Of a stretch of DNA of 64,000 nt, positions 31,216 through 41,525 are shown piece after piece. A program made the translations under genes and the position numbers. The notes below the pieces were generated by a model. It saw nothing but the letters and a program-made list of their open reading frames with translations, was not told the origin of the DNA and searched no databases. Origin of the DNA: an uncultured archaeon (GTDB taxonomy: Archaea; Asgardarchaeota; Lokiarchaeia; Sigyniarchaeales; SOKP01); the NCBI GenBank assembly GCA_964447495.1, contig CAYUTF010000002.1, positions 32,001-96,000 on the forward strand, in the 5' to 3' direction. The first letter of the stretch is position 1. Every line of letters begins with the position of its first letter.

Positions 31216-31842
31216 CTATTTTTTTTGTGTTTTTTCTATCTCTTTTTTTAAATTATTCATTTCTAAATTAATTTTATTTATATCCTCGTTCAATTTAAGC
31301 CAATCTTGTTCTATTAAACTATACTCTTTTTTAAGCTTTTTTGCATCAGAATCAGAACTTTCTTGTTCCATTTTATTTCGTAACTCATCTAATTCTTCTT
31401 TTTTTTTCGTTAAGTACGTTTCTAACGTTTTTGCTTCTTCTTCTTTTGTTAATATTTGCTTCAAAATTAATTCTCTTTTATCCATATCAATTAGTTCTTC
31501 GATTCTAGTAAGATATCGTTTAATAAGAGTAAGGTTAATCTCTTTTGATTCTTCATTTTTAAAAAACAATGCGATATTACTCTCTTCACCTAGTTTCAAT
31601 AATATAATGGATACTTCTTCTGTTTCAAATATAAGTTTGATATAATCATTAGTTTTAAACTTACATAAACCATTAATTTTTCTTGCCTGATTTAATATTT
31701 TCGCTAAAACTTCACCTAATTTAGGGATATTAATATCTTGCTCAAATGTGGTTTGAAAAATAGTGCCATTATTATAAAACATTACTATATGAATTACTTC
31801 GGGTAATGCTGCTTTTATACGATTGATATTTTTAAAAACCAT
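31216..31842 (-). CDS. Roadblock/longin-like N-terminal domain plus coiled coil
   Basis: HIVMFYNNGTIFQT...LIFETEEVSIILLKLGEESNIALFF, then heptads. Confidence 0.6.
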   Translation of the reverse strand: MVFKNINRIKAALPEVIHIVMFYNNGTIFQTTFEQDINIPKLGEVLAKILNQARKINGLCKFKTNDYIKLIFETEEVSIILLKLGEESNIALFFKNEESKEINLTLIKRYLTRIEELIDMDKRELILKQILTKEEEAKTLETYLTKKKEELDELRNKMEQESSDSDAKKLKKEYSLIEQDWLKLNEDINKINLEMNNLKKEIEKTQKK

Positions 31843-31848
31843 TTTATC

Positions 31849-33295
31849 TCACTCTATGAAAATATTTCTAAATCTATTTATAACTTTTTCAATTATGTTT
31901 TTTAACTTTTTAGGACCAATCTTAATTATAATAAAAAGTGTAATGATTAGGATAACAATAGATAAAGTAATCATTATTCCAATAAGAAACTTGAAGATTA
32001 GAGTATAATATATCGATGCTAGTGTTATCTGATAGAGTGTTGTTATAAAACCTATTTTGAAAAACTGTTTAAAACTGATAGGACGCTTATTTTGTTCAGC
32101 TATTTGGACTACTAATATGTTATCCCCAAGCGGTGTAAGATTATCTCCCCAATTAGCTCCAATAGCTAGACAAAAGAAAAATTGATGTCGCATAGCTGAT
32201 GGGTAGTTATTTGAAATGGTATTTATGACAGGGATTAACAATTTAGTTATAGGAATATTATCAATAGCACTGCTTAAAAATGAAGATATCCAGAGAATAA
32301 TAATGAGTTGAGAAAATATATCTCCTCCAGAGAGATTTGACATTATTTCTCCCAGGAATTGAACAACTCCCAGGATATCAAGAGCTCCAGCAATAATAAA
32401 TATCCCCAAAAGATAGAGGATTAACTCAAAATCTATTTTAGAAATAATTTGTTTTGCTTCAAGTCTACTAATGATTATTAAAAATAATGCCATAATTAAC
32501 GCAATTATATCAGTAGGTAATATTGATGTAGGAATAATAATAAACAAGATAAATACAAGGATTAACGTAAATAGTGATTTTAATAACAACATTTTATTAG
32601 GTACAAAATTCCATACATTAAATTCTCTTAAAATTTTAATACCTTCTTGGGGGATGTCTAGGGATTTCCTAAATATAAAAATAAAGAAGACAAGTGTTAA
32701 ACAAAAATTATTAAAGAAATCGTTCCAACATTCAAAAAGAAATCAATAAATTGAATATCAGCATAAGTACTAATTAATATATTAGGTATAGATGAAATCG
32801 TGAAAAAAGTTCCACCAATATTGACTAAAATTGCTTGAGTTAGTATATAAGCAGAAGGATTTACATTTAAAATACGAGAAACTGTTATTGTCAGAGGGAT
32901 AAGTATAATAACAGTCAGAATGTTGTTTAATATCGCAGAAATAAATATCGTAATTAAACAAAAAATTGACATTAGATAAAGTGGCTTTCCTTTTGATAGT
33001 TTAATTAAGTTTAAAGCGATATATTGAAAAAGCCCTGCTTCATTAGAAATTGCCACAATAAGCATCATGCTTATAATTAAAATAAGGGAGTGAAGATTTA
33101 CAAAACCTTCACTTTCAGTTCCAAATAATAGTTCAATGATTACATTAAAGTTCATTCCTTCTAAGAACGTTCATACAAAATAAACAATAACTGCTCCTGA
33201 TAAAGCTGCTATTGCTCTATTTAATTTTTCTGTGATTATAAGAATTATTACTCCAATGAAACATCCTAAAGCTATAATTATACTAAGAATTTTAT
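31849..33295 (-). pseudogene. Disrupted ArsB/NhaD (SLC13-like) permease
   Basis: continuous permease-like reading (TEKLNRAIAALSGA...NNILT...DNIP...GDN) broken by in-frame TGA at 33171-33173 and a 1-nt frameshift near 32700; no in-frame start seen. Confidence 0.7.
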
Positions 33296-33396
33296 AATCA
33301 CTATATCATCATCAATTTATATTAGAAATATATAGCGATTTGTTAAATAAAAAAAAATTTTTTATTTTAATTTTAAATAAGAGAAATTTTTTGATT

Positions 33397-34062
33397 TTAA
33401 TATAACTTGGACAATTTTACTAAATCTATTGGCCCCTTAATATTGATCAAACTAGTTAAATTTTGATCTAGAGGTTGTATCTTTTCCTCTACAGGCACAT
33501 AATTAATTTTCCAGTTTTTATCAATTAAGTTTAGTAGTCCGTAATTCTCATTCATTAAGATTTCTTTTGCTTTTTGGAATCCTTTCTCCACGGGATAAAT
33601 TGCAAAATATGGTTCTAAAAAACCATTTTTCCATTGGGGGATAACACAATCATAACCGATAGCTTGTTTTATCATAAGTTCAACAACTTCTGGCTTAATT
33701 AACGGCATATCACAAGACAATACAAATGCTTTCTGAAAATTTTGTCTTAAGAGTTCTTTAAATCCAGAATATATGCCCAACATTGGTTGAAAAATTTTAG
33801 GATGATTAAAAATAGCTCGATCATCAACAATAAAAGTAATTTCTCTTGGAAATTCGATTTCTTTCCTATAACTAAATATTTGTTCATCTGAATGGGCGAC
33901 TAAAAAGATATCTTCATCAAATTTAGTTAGTGTCTCTATTTGGTGCAAAATTAGTGGTTTTCCTAATAATTGTATTACTGCTTTTTCAGTTCCAAAGCGA
34001 GTACTTTTTCCTCCTATTAGTATTAAAATAGCTAATTTTTTAGAATTCTCTTCGCTAGCCAT
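33397..34062 (-). CDS. mobA: Molybdenum cofactor guanylyltransferase
   Basis: LIGGKSTRFGTEKA, SCDMP, EPYFAIY. Confidence 0.85.
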   Translation of the reverse strand: MASEENSKKLAILILIGGKSTRFGTEKAVIQLLGKPLILHQIETLTKFDEDIFLVAHSDEQIFSYRKEIEFPREITFIVDDRAIFNHPKIFQPMLGIYSGFKELLRQNFQKAFVLSCDMPLIKPEVVELMIKQAIGYDCVIPQWKNGFLEPYFAIYPVEKGFQKAKEILMNENYGLLNLIDKNWKINYVPVEEKIQPLDQNLTSLINIKGPIDLVKLSKLY

Positions 34063-34199
34063 ATAATCAATTATGATGAATTAAAATATATTTTTTATTA
34101 ATAATGAGAAGTCGCTTTAAAAAAAATTTTCACTTATTTTGAATATCAATTATAGAATCGAAGAACGAGCATAGTAGAATTTGCAGATTAGAGTAATAC

Positions 34200-34379
34200 T
34201 TAATCCTCATCTATGTCATCATCTATATCATCAAAATCGTCATCGTCCATATCCCAGTCCTCATCGTTTTCATCGGAATCTTCGTCATCGAAGTCTCCAT
34301 CGTTATCATCATCATCATCATCATCCCAATCTTCATCGTCCTCGTCTTTCTCCAACCCAATATTATATTCTAGGTCCAT
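34200..34379 (-). CDS. Extremely acidic 59-aa protein (not in ORF track)
   Basis: GGAG SD, ATG 34379 to TAA 34200: MDLEYNIGLEKDEDDEDWDDDDDDDNDGDFDDEDSDENDEDWDMDDDDFDDIDDDIDED. Confidence 0.65.
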   Translation of the reverse strand: MDLEYNIGLEKDEDDEDWDDDDDDDNDGDFDDEDSDENDEDWDMDDDDFDDIDDDIDED

Positions 34380-34500
34380 ATCTTTCTCTCCTTTTTTTTT
34401 ATTTATTTCATATTATTAAACTATATATAAACAATTACATTAAAAATCAATATGGATATTTAAATATTACTCTTTAAACCCGCTATTTTTAAACTTTACT

Positions 34501-34660
34501 CCAATTAATTTAATTGGAAAAAATTTATAAACTATTATAGGCATATTATTGTTTAAAAATCTAATAAAATTTCATAGATTTTATATTAAAATTTATTGCT
34601 AAAAAGGTCTATCTAGAAAGAATATTCGATGATAAAACTACTACCAATTAATTTAATTGG
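34501..34660. promoter_or_regulatory. Two identical 17-bp palindromes in a divergent intergenic region
   Basis: CCAATTAA-T-TTAATTGG at 34501-34517 and 34644-34660. Confidence 0.65.
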
Positions 34661-34745
34661 ATTTAGATTTTCCCTACTCTATAGACTTTTTTGTAAAATG
34701 TTTATTTTTAATTCACATAATACATAATAAAATGTAAAAAGGAAA

Positions 34746-36683
34746 ATGCCAGAAAAATCGAACAATATTACTAATTCTAAAAAACAAAATATTCGTAATA
34801 ATGTGAATAAACCCATTTGTTTAGGTCCTATAGCTGATTTAGAAGAATATGTAAAAAAAGATTGGTGGAAAAAAATCTTTAATGCCTATTATTTAAAAAC
34901 AGATGGGGATGTTGTGGATGATGATTTAATTACATCCCATGAAATAAATCTTTTTTCAGAAATTGTACAGCTTAGACCTGAGAGCCATATTTTAGATCTT
35001 TGTTGCGGCCAGGGGAGGCATAGTATTGAATTATCAAAAAGAGGATTCGAAAGAGTCGAGGGACTGGATCGATCTCACTACTTAATTCAAAAAGCTCGAG
35101 CAACAATTAAGAAAAATGGTCTTCTATGTAAATTTCGGGAGGGTGATGCCAGGAAACTTCCTTATCCTTCAGATAACTTTGATAATGTTTTAATATTAGG
35201 AAATAGTTTTGGTTATTTTGAAACAATTAATGATGATTTACGCGTTCTTAAAGAGACATTTCGCACGCTAAAGCCTTGGGGGAAAATATTGATAGATATA
35301 ACCGATGGGGGTTTTTTACGAAATAATTTTTTACCACGATCATGGGAATGGATTGATAAAGACTTCTTTGTTTGTAGAGAGCGATCCTTATCATTAGATA
35401 AACAACGATTAATCTCTCGAGAAGTAATTACCCATGTTAATAAGGGGGTTCTTGTAGATCAATTTTACGCCGAAAGATTATATTCAGTTGAAGAGATCAC
35501 TGAAATTCTTGAGAAAGCAGGATTTAGTGATATTGTATTTCATGGGAATTTATCGCCCAATTCTCAAAAAGATCAAGATCTAGGGATGATGGAAAGAAGA
35601 ATTATTGTTACTGCAGTTGTTAAGAAAGAATGGACCCAAAAAACAAAACGATTAAAAGCAATAAATAAAAATATTATAGTATTACTTGGTGATCCGCATA
35701 AACCTGACTTATTAAAACCTTCAACCATTTTTGATGATGATGATTTTTATACAATCGCACAATTAAAGGCAGCACTCCAAGAATTGGAGGGATATAATTT
35801 CATATATATAGATAATCATGATACCTTGATTCAAGAACTAACAAAACTGAAAGGAAAAATTGATTATATTTTTAACTTATGTGATGAAGGATATTATAAT
35901 GATCCTCGTAAAGAATTACATATTCCCGCAATTTTAGATATTCTCAAGTATCAATATACTGGTTCTGGACCTCAATGTTTAGCATTTTGTTATGATAAGT
36001 CGTTAGTTCGAGGCGTTGCTAAGGAGTTAGAAGTTCCCGTACCTGAAGCAATCTTTGTTAAACCTGAGGATAAAATAATTGATCTTCCTTTATATTTTCC
36101 TGCAATAGTGAAACCAAATTTTGGTGATTCAAGTTTTGCAATTACTCAGAATAATGTTGTATTTAATGGAGAGCAATTATTAAATGCGGTACGCGATATT
36201 CGTGAAAGATTCGGTTATAATAATTCAATACTAATAGAACAATACTTATCGGGAAAAGATTTAACATTAGGAATCATTGGGAATCCCCCATATAATTATA
36301 TTGTTTTGCCAATATTAGAAGAAGATTATTCCGTATTACCCCCAGAATTGCCTAAAATCTGTGGTTATGAAGCAAAATGGCTTCCCGAATCACCCTATTG
36401 GAATTTAAAATCTATTCAGGCAGAACTAGACCCTGAAACAGTTCAAATTATCGAATCATGCTCATTAAAACTATTTGAAAGACTTGAATGCAAAGATTAC
36501 GCACGTTTTGATTGGAGACTTGATTCTGAGGGAAATCCTAAGCTGCTTGAGGTCAATCCTAACCCTGGTTGGTGTTGGGACGGACATCTCGCTAAAATGG
36601 CTAAGCATGCAGGGCTTTCTTATAAAGAAATGCTCCAAAATATTCTTGAATCTGCGGAAAAAAGATATGGAATAGAGAAATAG
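34746..36683 (+). CDS. SAM methyltransferase fused to D-Ala-D-Ala-ligase-like ATP-grasp domain
   Basis: ILDLCCGQGRH; YTGSG...YDK, VKPNFGDSS, ARFDWR, EVNPNPG. Confidence 0.85.
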   Translation: MPEKSNNITNSKKQNIRNNVNKPICLGPIADLEEYVKKDWWKKIFNAYYLKTDGDVVDDDLITSHEINLFSEIVQLRPESHILDLCCGQGRHSIELSKRGFERVEGLDRSHYLIQKARATIKKNGLLCKFREGDARKLPYPSDNFDNVLILGNSFGYFETINDDLRVLKETFRTLKPWGKILIDITDGGFLRNNFLPRSWEWIDKDFFVCRERSLSLDKQRLISREVITHVNKGVLVDQFYAERLYSVEEITEILEKAGFSDIVFHGNLSPNSQKDQDLGMMERRIIVTAVVKKEWTQKTKRLKAINKNIIVLLGDPHKPDLLKPSTIFDDDDFYTIAQLKAALQELEGYNFIYIDNHDTLIQELTKLKGKIDYIFNLCDEGYYNDPRKELHIPAILDILKYQYTGSGPQCLAFCYDKSLVRGVAKELEVPVPEAIFVKPEDKIIDLPLYFPAIVKPNFGDSSFAITQNNVVFNGEQLLNAVRDIRERFGYNNSILIEQYLSGKDLTLGIIGNPPYNYIVLPILEEDYSVLPPELPKICGYEAKWLPESPYWNLKSIQAELDPETVQIIESCSLKLFERLECKDYARFDWRLDSEGNPKLLEVNPNPGWCWDGHLAKMAKHAGLSYKEMLQNILESAEKRYGIEK

Positions 36684-36714
36684 TTTAATTTAATCATGTT
36701 TTTTTTAAGGTTAT

Positions 36715-38013
36715 ATGAATCTAATTCTAATAATTTTTGTCTTTATTATATTTGGAATAATTTTGGTGAGTTACTCATCCAAAAATTTAGATTTTGTCGC
36801 TATTTCATTATTTGGTTGTTTTACGGCAGCATTTGTTACCGGTGTTGTTAATAATTTAACTTTTTGGGATTTTATTGATTATATTGAATTTGATGCCATT
36901 ATCATTATTTTAAGTATGAGTATTATCACTAAAATCGCGCAAGATTCAAACATATTAGAATATTTAGCAGTTAAGCTTTTCAAAATCTCAAAAGGAAACC
37001 GAAGAACCTTTCTTTATTTAATATGCATTATAACAACTATTTTAGCAGCTATTATTAATGATGTTATTGTTGTTTTGATTTTAGCTCCTGTTGTAATACG
37101 ATTATGTCGATTTTTAAAAATTAGATCGGGTACCTATTTATTGGGAATGACTATTTGCATAAATATTGGTTCGATCATCACCCCTTTTTCTAGTGGTGAA
37201 AATATTATTATATCGACAGCATTTTCCTTAGATACTGCATATTTTATTACAAATTATTGGATTTTTTCCTTTTTCCTCTTATTTATAACTATTTACCTTA
37301 TAGACAGGTTTATCTTAAAAAAGGAACCAGAAATAGAAGAACAACAGAAGAATTTTGTCCTAGAACTAGTTGATACAGATGTTATGATTTCAAATCGTAA
37401 AATGTTTTATGTTAACAGTATTGGAATCATAATTACAATTGCTCTTTTTGCAGTTTTACCTTTATTATATTTAACAGCTGCATTTTCTGCTTTTACCTTA
37501 GTATTGATTAATACGAAATTTACTAAAAAAAAGACTATCGATATATTAAAAGATGTAGAGTGGGAAATTATATTTTTCTTTATCGCTTTATACGTGGTTA
37601 TTGGGTGTTTATTGGAAGCGGGGTTCAAAGATCTTTTTATAAATATTCCCTTCGAAGTTTTAAGCCCTTTTATGGTTAGTTTTATTATCTTATTACTTGT
37701 AAGCTTAATCTCTGGTTTTGTAGCAAACACTCCAACAGCATTAATTTTTATTCCAATCATATCATTGTTGATTGATACATTTCATTTTCCCTCTATTCCC
37801 TTATTTTTCGCTTTTATAATTAGTATTAATATTGGAGGTAATTTGATACCTCAAGGAGCCGCATGTGATATGATGACGCTGAAAATTGCTCAGAACAATG
37901 GTGTAGAAAATTTAAATTTTAAAAGATTATTAAAAGTAGGAGCAACATTCGCGGTCATTCATATTGGTTTATCTATTGGATATTTATTTTTATTATCGTT
38001 ATTCACACTCTAA
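36715..38013 (+). CDS. ArsB/NhaD (SLC13-like) permease, intact
   Basis: NIGSIITPFSSGEN, ANTPTA, NIGGNLIPQG; many TM segments. Confidence 0.85.
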   Translation: MNLILIIFVFIIFGIILVSYSSKNLDFVAISLFGCFTAAFVTGVVNNLTFWDFIDYIEFDAIIIILSMSIITKIAQDSNILEYLAVKLFKISKGNRRTFLYLICIITTILAAIINDVIVVLILAPVVIRLCRFLKIRSGTYLLGMTICINIGSIITPFSSGENIIISTAFSLDTAYFITNYWIFSFFLLFITIYLIDRFILKKEPEIEEQQKNFVLELVDTDVMISNRKMFYVNSIGIIITIALFAVLPLLYLTAAFSAFTLVLINTKFTKKKTIDILKDVEWEIIFFFIALYVVIGCLLEAGFKDLFINIPFEVLSPFMVSFIILLLVSLISGFVANTPTALIFIPIISLLIDTFHFPSIPLFFAFIISINIGGNLIPQGAACDMMTLKIAQNNGVENLNFKRLLKVGATFAVIHIGLSIGYLFLLSLFTL

Positions 38014-38027
38014 AAAACAAGTATTAC

Positions 38028-39221
38028 CTATTCTTTTTTTGTAAGAGGGGATAGCTTTCTTAATCGTTCCACGATAGGAGGAAGCTTTTTAAGAAAATAA
38101 TCTACCTCCTTATCAGTAGTAAATCTTCCTAAAGTTATTCTTAAAGATCCATGTGCATCTTGAGGTTCTATACCAATAGCTAATAATACATGAGAGGGCT
38201 CTAGTGATTTAGATGAGCATGCTGAACCAGTAGATACACCAATGCCCTCAAAATCTAAATCTAAAACCATTGATTCACCTTCAATATATTTAAAACTTAA
38301 ATTTACATTGTTAGGAAGGCGTTGAGTAGGGTGCCCATTTAAGAAGCAGTCTTCTATATTTTCAGATACATTATTTATAATTTTATCTCTAAGATGAGTT
38401 AGTCTTTTAATTTCATATGGCATCTCTTCACCAACTAATTCTACGGCTTTTGCAAATGCAGAAATTCCCGGAACATTTACGGTACTCGGTCTCATATCTC
38501 TTTCATGACCTCCTCCATACATTAATGGTTTAATAAATTTCCCCCATCCCTCCCGAAATCCCTTATTTCGGATATAAAGCATTCCAACTCCTTTAGGACC
38601 ATACAGTTTATGGGCAGAAGCAGATAATAAATCGATATTTAACTCATTTACATCAATTGGAACTTTACCAAATGCTTGAACCGCATCTGTATGGAAAACA
38701 ATATCATGCTCCTTTGCAATTGCTCCGATCTCTTTAATAGGTTCAATTGTCCCAATTTCATTATTTGCAAACATAATACTGATGAGAATAGTACTTTCAG
38801 TAATATTACTTTCTAATGTGTTAGGATCAATTAGACCATATTTATCAACGGGTAAGAAAGTAATGTCAAATCCATTCTTTTCTAAATACTTACAAGGGTT
38901 TTCTATTGCATGATGCTCAATTGCACTTGTGATAATATGATTTCCACGCATTTTATTTTTTAATGCTACTCCCATAACTGCTAAATTATCTGATTCTGTT
39001 CCTGAGGAAGTAAAAAATATATCATCGCGATCAGCATTTATTAATGAGGCGACGGTATTACGTGAATTAACTAAAGATCTTGCCGCTTTTTGTCCAATTG
39101 TATGGAGACTTGAGGAATTACCGTAATTTTCATTCATACTTCTATTATAAACTTCGATAGCACGAGGATCCATTGGTGTTGTCGCAGCGTAATCTAGGTA
39201 AATATATTTTGATTCCTTCAC
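38028..39221 (-). CDS. iscS: Cysteine desulfurase IscS/NifS
   Basis: YLDYAATTP, HTDAVQ, SAHKLYGPKG, STGSACSS. Confidence 0.93.
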   Translation of the reverse strand: MKESKYIYLDYAATTPMDPRAIEVYNRSMNENYGNSSSLHTIGQKAARSLVNSRNTVASLINADRDDIFFTSSGTESDNLAVMGVALKNKMRGNHIITSAIEHHAIENPCKYLEKNGFDITFLPVDKYGLIDPNTLESNITESTILISIMFANNEIGTIEPIKEIGAIAKEHDIVFHTDAVQAFGKVPIDVNELNIDLLSASAHKLYGPKGVGMLYIRNKGFREGWGKFIKPLMYGGGHERDMRPSTVNVPGISAFAKAVELVGEEMPYEIKRLTHLRDKIINNVSENIEDCFLNGHPTQRLPNNVNLSFKYIEGESMVLDLDFEGIGVSTGSACSSKSLEPSHVLLAIGIEPQDAHGSLRITLGRFTTDKEVDYFLKKLPPIVERLRKLSPLTKKE

Positions 39222-39361
39222 AATTAATCATAAATAGTATTACTCAATTTAAAACAATTTCACTTATGTTCTTAAAATTAATAAGTCTTATAATTAGATT
39301 TTATATATAAAGAATAATTCTTAAAAAGTTAATTTTATATCTAATTAGAGAGGAAAAGTAA

Positions 39362-39916
39362 ATGTTTAAGCTTTTATGGGGTATAACTGGGACAGGTTTC
39401 GTGTTGGATGAGTCAATTGCTTTGATGGAGGACCTTCAGCTTAATTATGAAGTAGATCTTACAGTTATTCTGACGAAAGAAGGAGCTGCGGTCGTTAAAT
39501 GGTACAAGAAATGGTTAAAATTAAAAGAAGTTGTTAAAAAGGTAAGTATTGAAAAGACCCCTAATATTCCTTTTTATGCTGGACCATTACAAATAGGAAA
39601 ATTTGATGTATTTATTGTATGTCCTGTATCAGCAAATAGTGTGGCAAAAATTGTATATGGCATCGCAGATACCCTTATCACAAATTGTGTTGCACAAGCT
39701 ATTAAGGGAGGGCAAAAAGTATATATTTTTCCTTCTGACCAAGACACAGAACCAATTGTTACCACTAGACCTGATGGAAATCCATTAGTTTTGAAAATTA
39801 GAGATATAGAATTAGAAAATATAAAGAAATTACATCAATTAGAAGGTATATATGTGATCTCCAAGTTCTCTGAAATTAAAGATCTTATTTTAAGTAAAAT
39901 GAAAGAAAAAGAATAA
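39362..39916 (+). CDS. Archaeal flavoprotein (AfpA-like, HFCD superfamily)
   Basis: WGITGTG, PVSANSVAKIVYGIADTLITN. Confidence 0.8.
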   Translation: MFKLLWGITGTGFVLDESIALMEDLQLNYEVDLTVILTKEGAAVVKWYKKWLKLKEVVKKVSIEKTPNIPFYAGPLQIGKFDVFIVCPVSANSVAKIVYGIADTLITNCVAQAIKGGQKVYIFPSDQDTEPIVTTRPDGNPLVLKIRDIELENIKKLHQLEGIYVISKFSEIKDLILSKMKEKE

Positions 39917-39925
39917 TAATCCTTA

Positions 39926-40369
39926 TCATAACTCATATTTAACAGGTTTTATTGCACCTGTAGGACATGATAACTCACATTTCAAACATCCTTGACACTT
40001 TGCGATCTCTTTATACTTAAATCTTATTCCAATTTCTTCTTCATCTCCTTTATGAACTTTAGCTTTATAGAAAAGGTTTTTAGGACAAAATTTCCCATTA
40101 TCCTCCAAGCACATTTCACACATATTACATAATTCATGATCTATCTTAATACTTACAACTTGATCTGGTTGTGTTATTGAAGATACTTCGATCGCATTTC
40201 GAGGGCAGACAAGGACACAGTTAAGGCAAGCCTTACATTTAGCATAATCAACTCTTCTAATACCATGATCGAAGTAGATAGCATTTGCTTTACAGGCTTT
40301 AAGACAACGCTCACATCTTAAACACATTTCTTGGTTTATCTGAACGGGGATAAATTTTTCTCTAATAAT
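39926..40369 (-). CDS. Polyferredoxin (four 4Fe-4S-type motifs); start probably upstream of the annotated ATG
   Basis: CxxCxxCxxxC motifs; AGGAGG followed by in-frame ATT codons. Confidence 0.8.
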   Translation of the reverse strand: MIREKFIPVQINQEMCLRCERCLKACKANAIYFDHGIRRVDYAKCKACLNCVLVCPRNAIEVSSITQPDQVVSIKIDHELCNMCEMCLEDNGKFCPKNLFYKAKVHKGDEEEIGIRFKYKEIAKCQGCLKCELSCPTGAIKPVKYEL

Positions 40370-40508
40370 AATAACCTCCTTATACAGCTAATCCATTTTA
40401 GGAAATGAACTAAGAAAAATAAAGGTAGGTTTAATAAAATATTAATTCAAAAACTTAGATAAAAATAAAAAGTAGATAAAAATAGAAAATTTTGGTAAAT
40501 TCATTAAA

Positions 40509-41309
40509 TTATTGAAAATATTGAGTATAGCGTTCTTTAGGTTCTTGAGGTAATTGTTGTCTTTGATATTGTTGAGCTTTTTCTGCTAACTCTAACATTT
40601 TTGCTTTTATTTCTTTTCCTTCTTCTATAAGCTTAGATGTTTCAATCTTTAGATTATAGATTTGGTTTAGGACTTCTATAATAGAAGCGGCTCCTTCAGG
40701 AGTAGGGATTTCCAATACTGGGGTAAACAAAGCATAGGCTTTCAATTTACTAGTTAAAGCTTCATTAAGAATTGTACTCTCAGGACCAACTATGATTCCT
40801 TTATCAAGTTTTTCCAGACCATATGTCTCTAATTTTTCAATCATCTCTTCCTCTGCAGCGTAATACACCGGATAATCATCGATTATACCTCTTTGAGGAA
40901 TTCCTTGAAAGATTAAAACCTCTTTAGCCTTAACATCGTCCGATAATAACCAGTTTGTGATTGTTTTGCTAAGATCATTATAAGCTGCCGAAACTTGAAA
41001 AGGAACTTCAACTATTCCAATTATCAGATTATGCTGAGGAGAGTAATATATTCTGAAAGGATGCTTTAATACTCCTTGATAGAATACAGATATCGGAGGA
41101 AGATACTCAGATGTAACAAAACCAATTTCTTTTATATCAGGTATCTGCTCAATTAGAGCATTGGCTACAATAGGACCGATTAAACCGATTCCTGCGAATC
41201 CTAAAATCATTGTAGCTCCCTCTTTTATTTCAGTATGCAGATCCTCGATTACAAGAGTACTTCTTTTCCCTTTGGAACATATATATTCTTTTTTAACCAT
41301 GAATATCAC
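40509..41309 (-). CDS. PAC2-family proteasome assembly chaperone-like protein
   Basis: GFAGIGLIGPI, HPFRIY, PTPEGA, LIEEGKEIK; C-terminal YFQ. Confidence 0.8.
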   Translation of the reverse strand: MIFMVKKEYICSKGKRSTLVIEDLHTEIKEGATMILGFAGIGLIGPIVANALIEQIPDIKEIGFVTSEYLPPISVFYQGVLKHPFRIYYSPQHNLIIGIVEVPFQVSAAYNDLSKTITNWLLSDDVKAKEVLIFQGIPQRGIIDDYPVYYAAEEEMIEKLETYGLEKLDKGIIVGPESTILNEALTSKLKAYALFTPVLEIPTPEGAASIIEVLNQIYNLKIETSKLIEEGKEIKAKMLELAEKAQQYQRQQLPQEPKERYTQYFQ

Positions 41310-41525
41310 CTTTTTATTTAGAATTATAATTTATTGAATTTTAAGATACAACATTATTATACTTTTTTTTTAATTATTATATTTAGTGAACACTACACTA
41401 TAAAAGTTGATCTGTTATAAATTTTCAATTATAAAATAAATTAGAATAAGAATGATAAAATAAACTATTAAAAAATCTAAGAATTATAAATAATAGTAGA
41501 ATATAACTAATTAAAAAGAAGAAAA

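Noticed and set aside
31052-31645. 197-aa + strand ORF, and similarly 41507-42109 and other nested short ORFs
   Set aside because: Antisense to well-supported genes, with no motifs of their own.
32690-32710. Intron at the permease frameshift
   Set aside because: A single base appears to be missing; there is no inserted hairpin or BHB.
33171-33173. In-frame TGA as selenocysteine
   Set aside because: It lies in a TM region with no redox motif, and the gene also has a frameshift.
34181-34477. His-rich and Ser-rich + strand ORFs
   Set aside because: They are antisense shadows of the Asp-rich minus-strand ORF.
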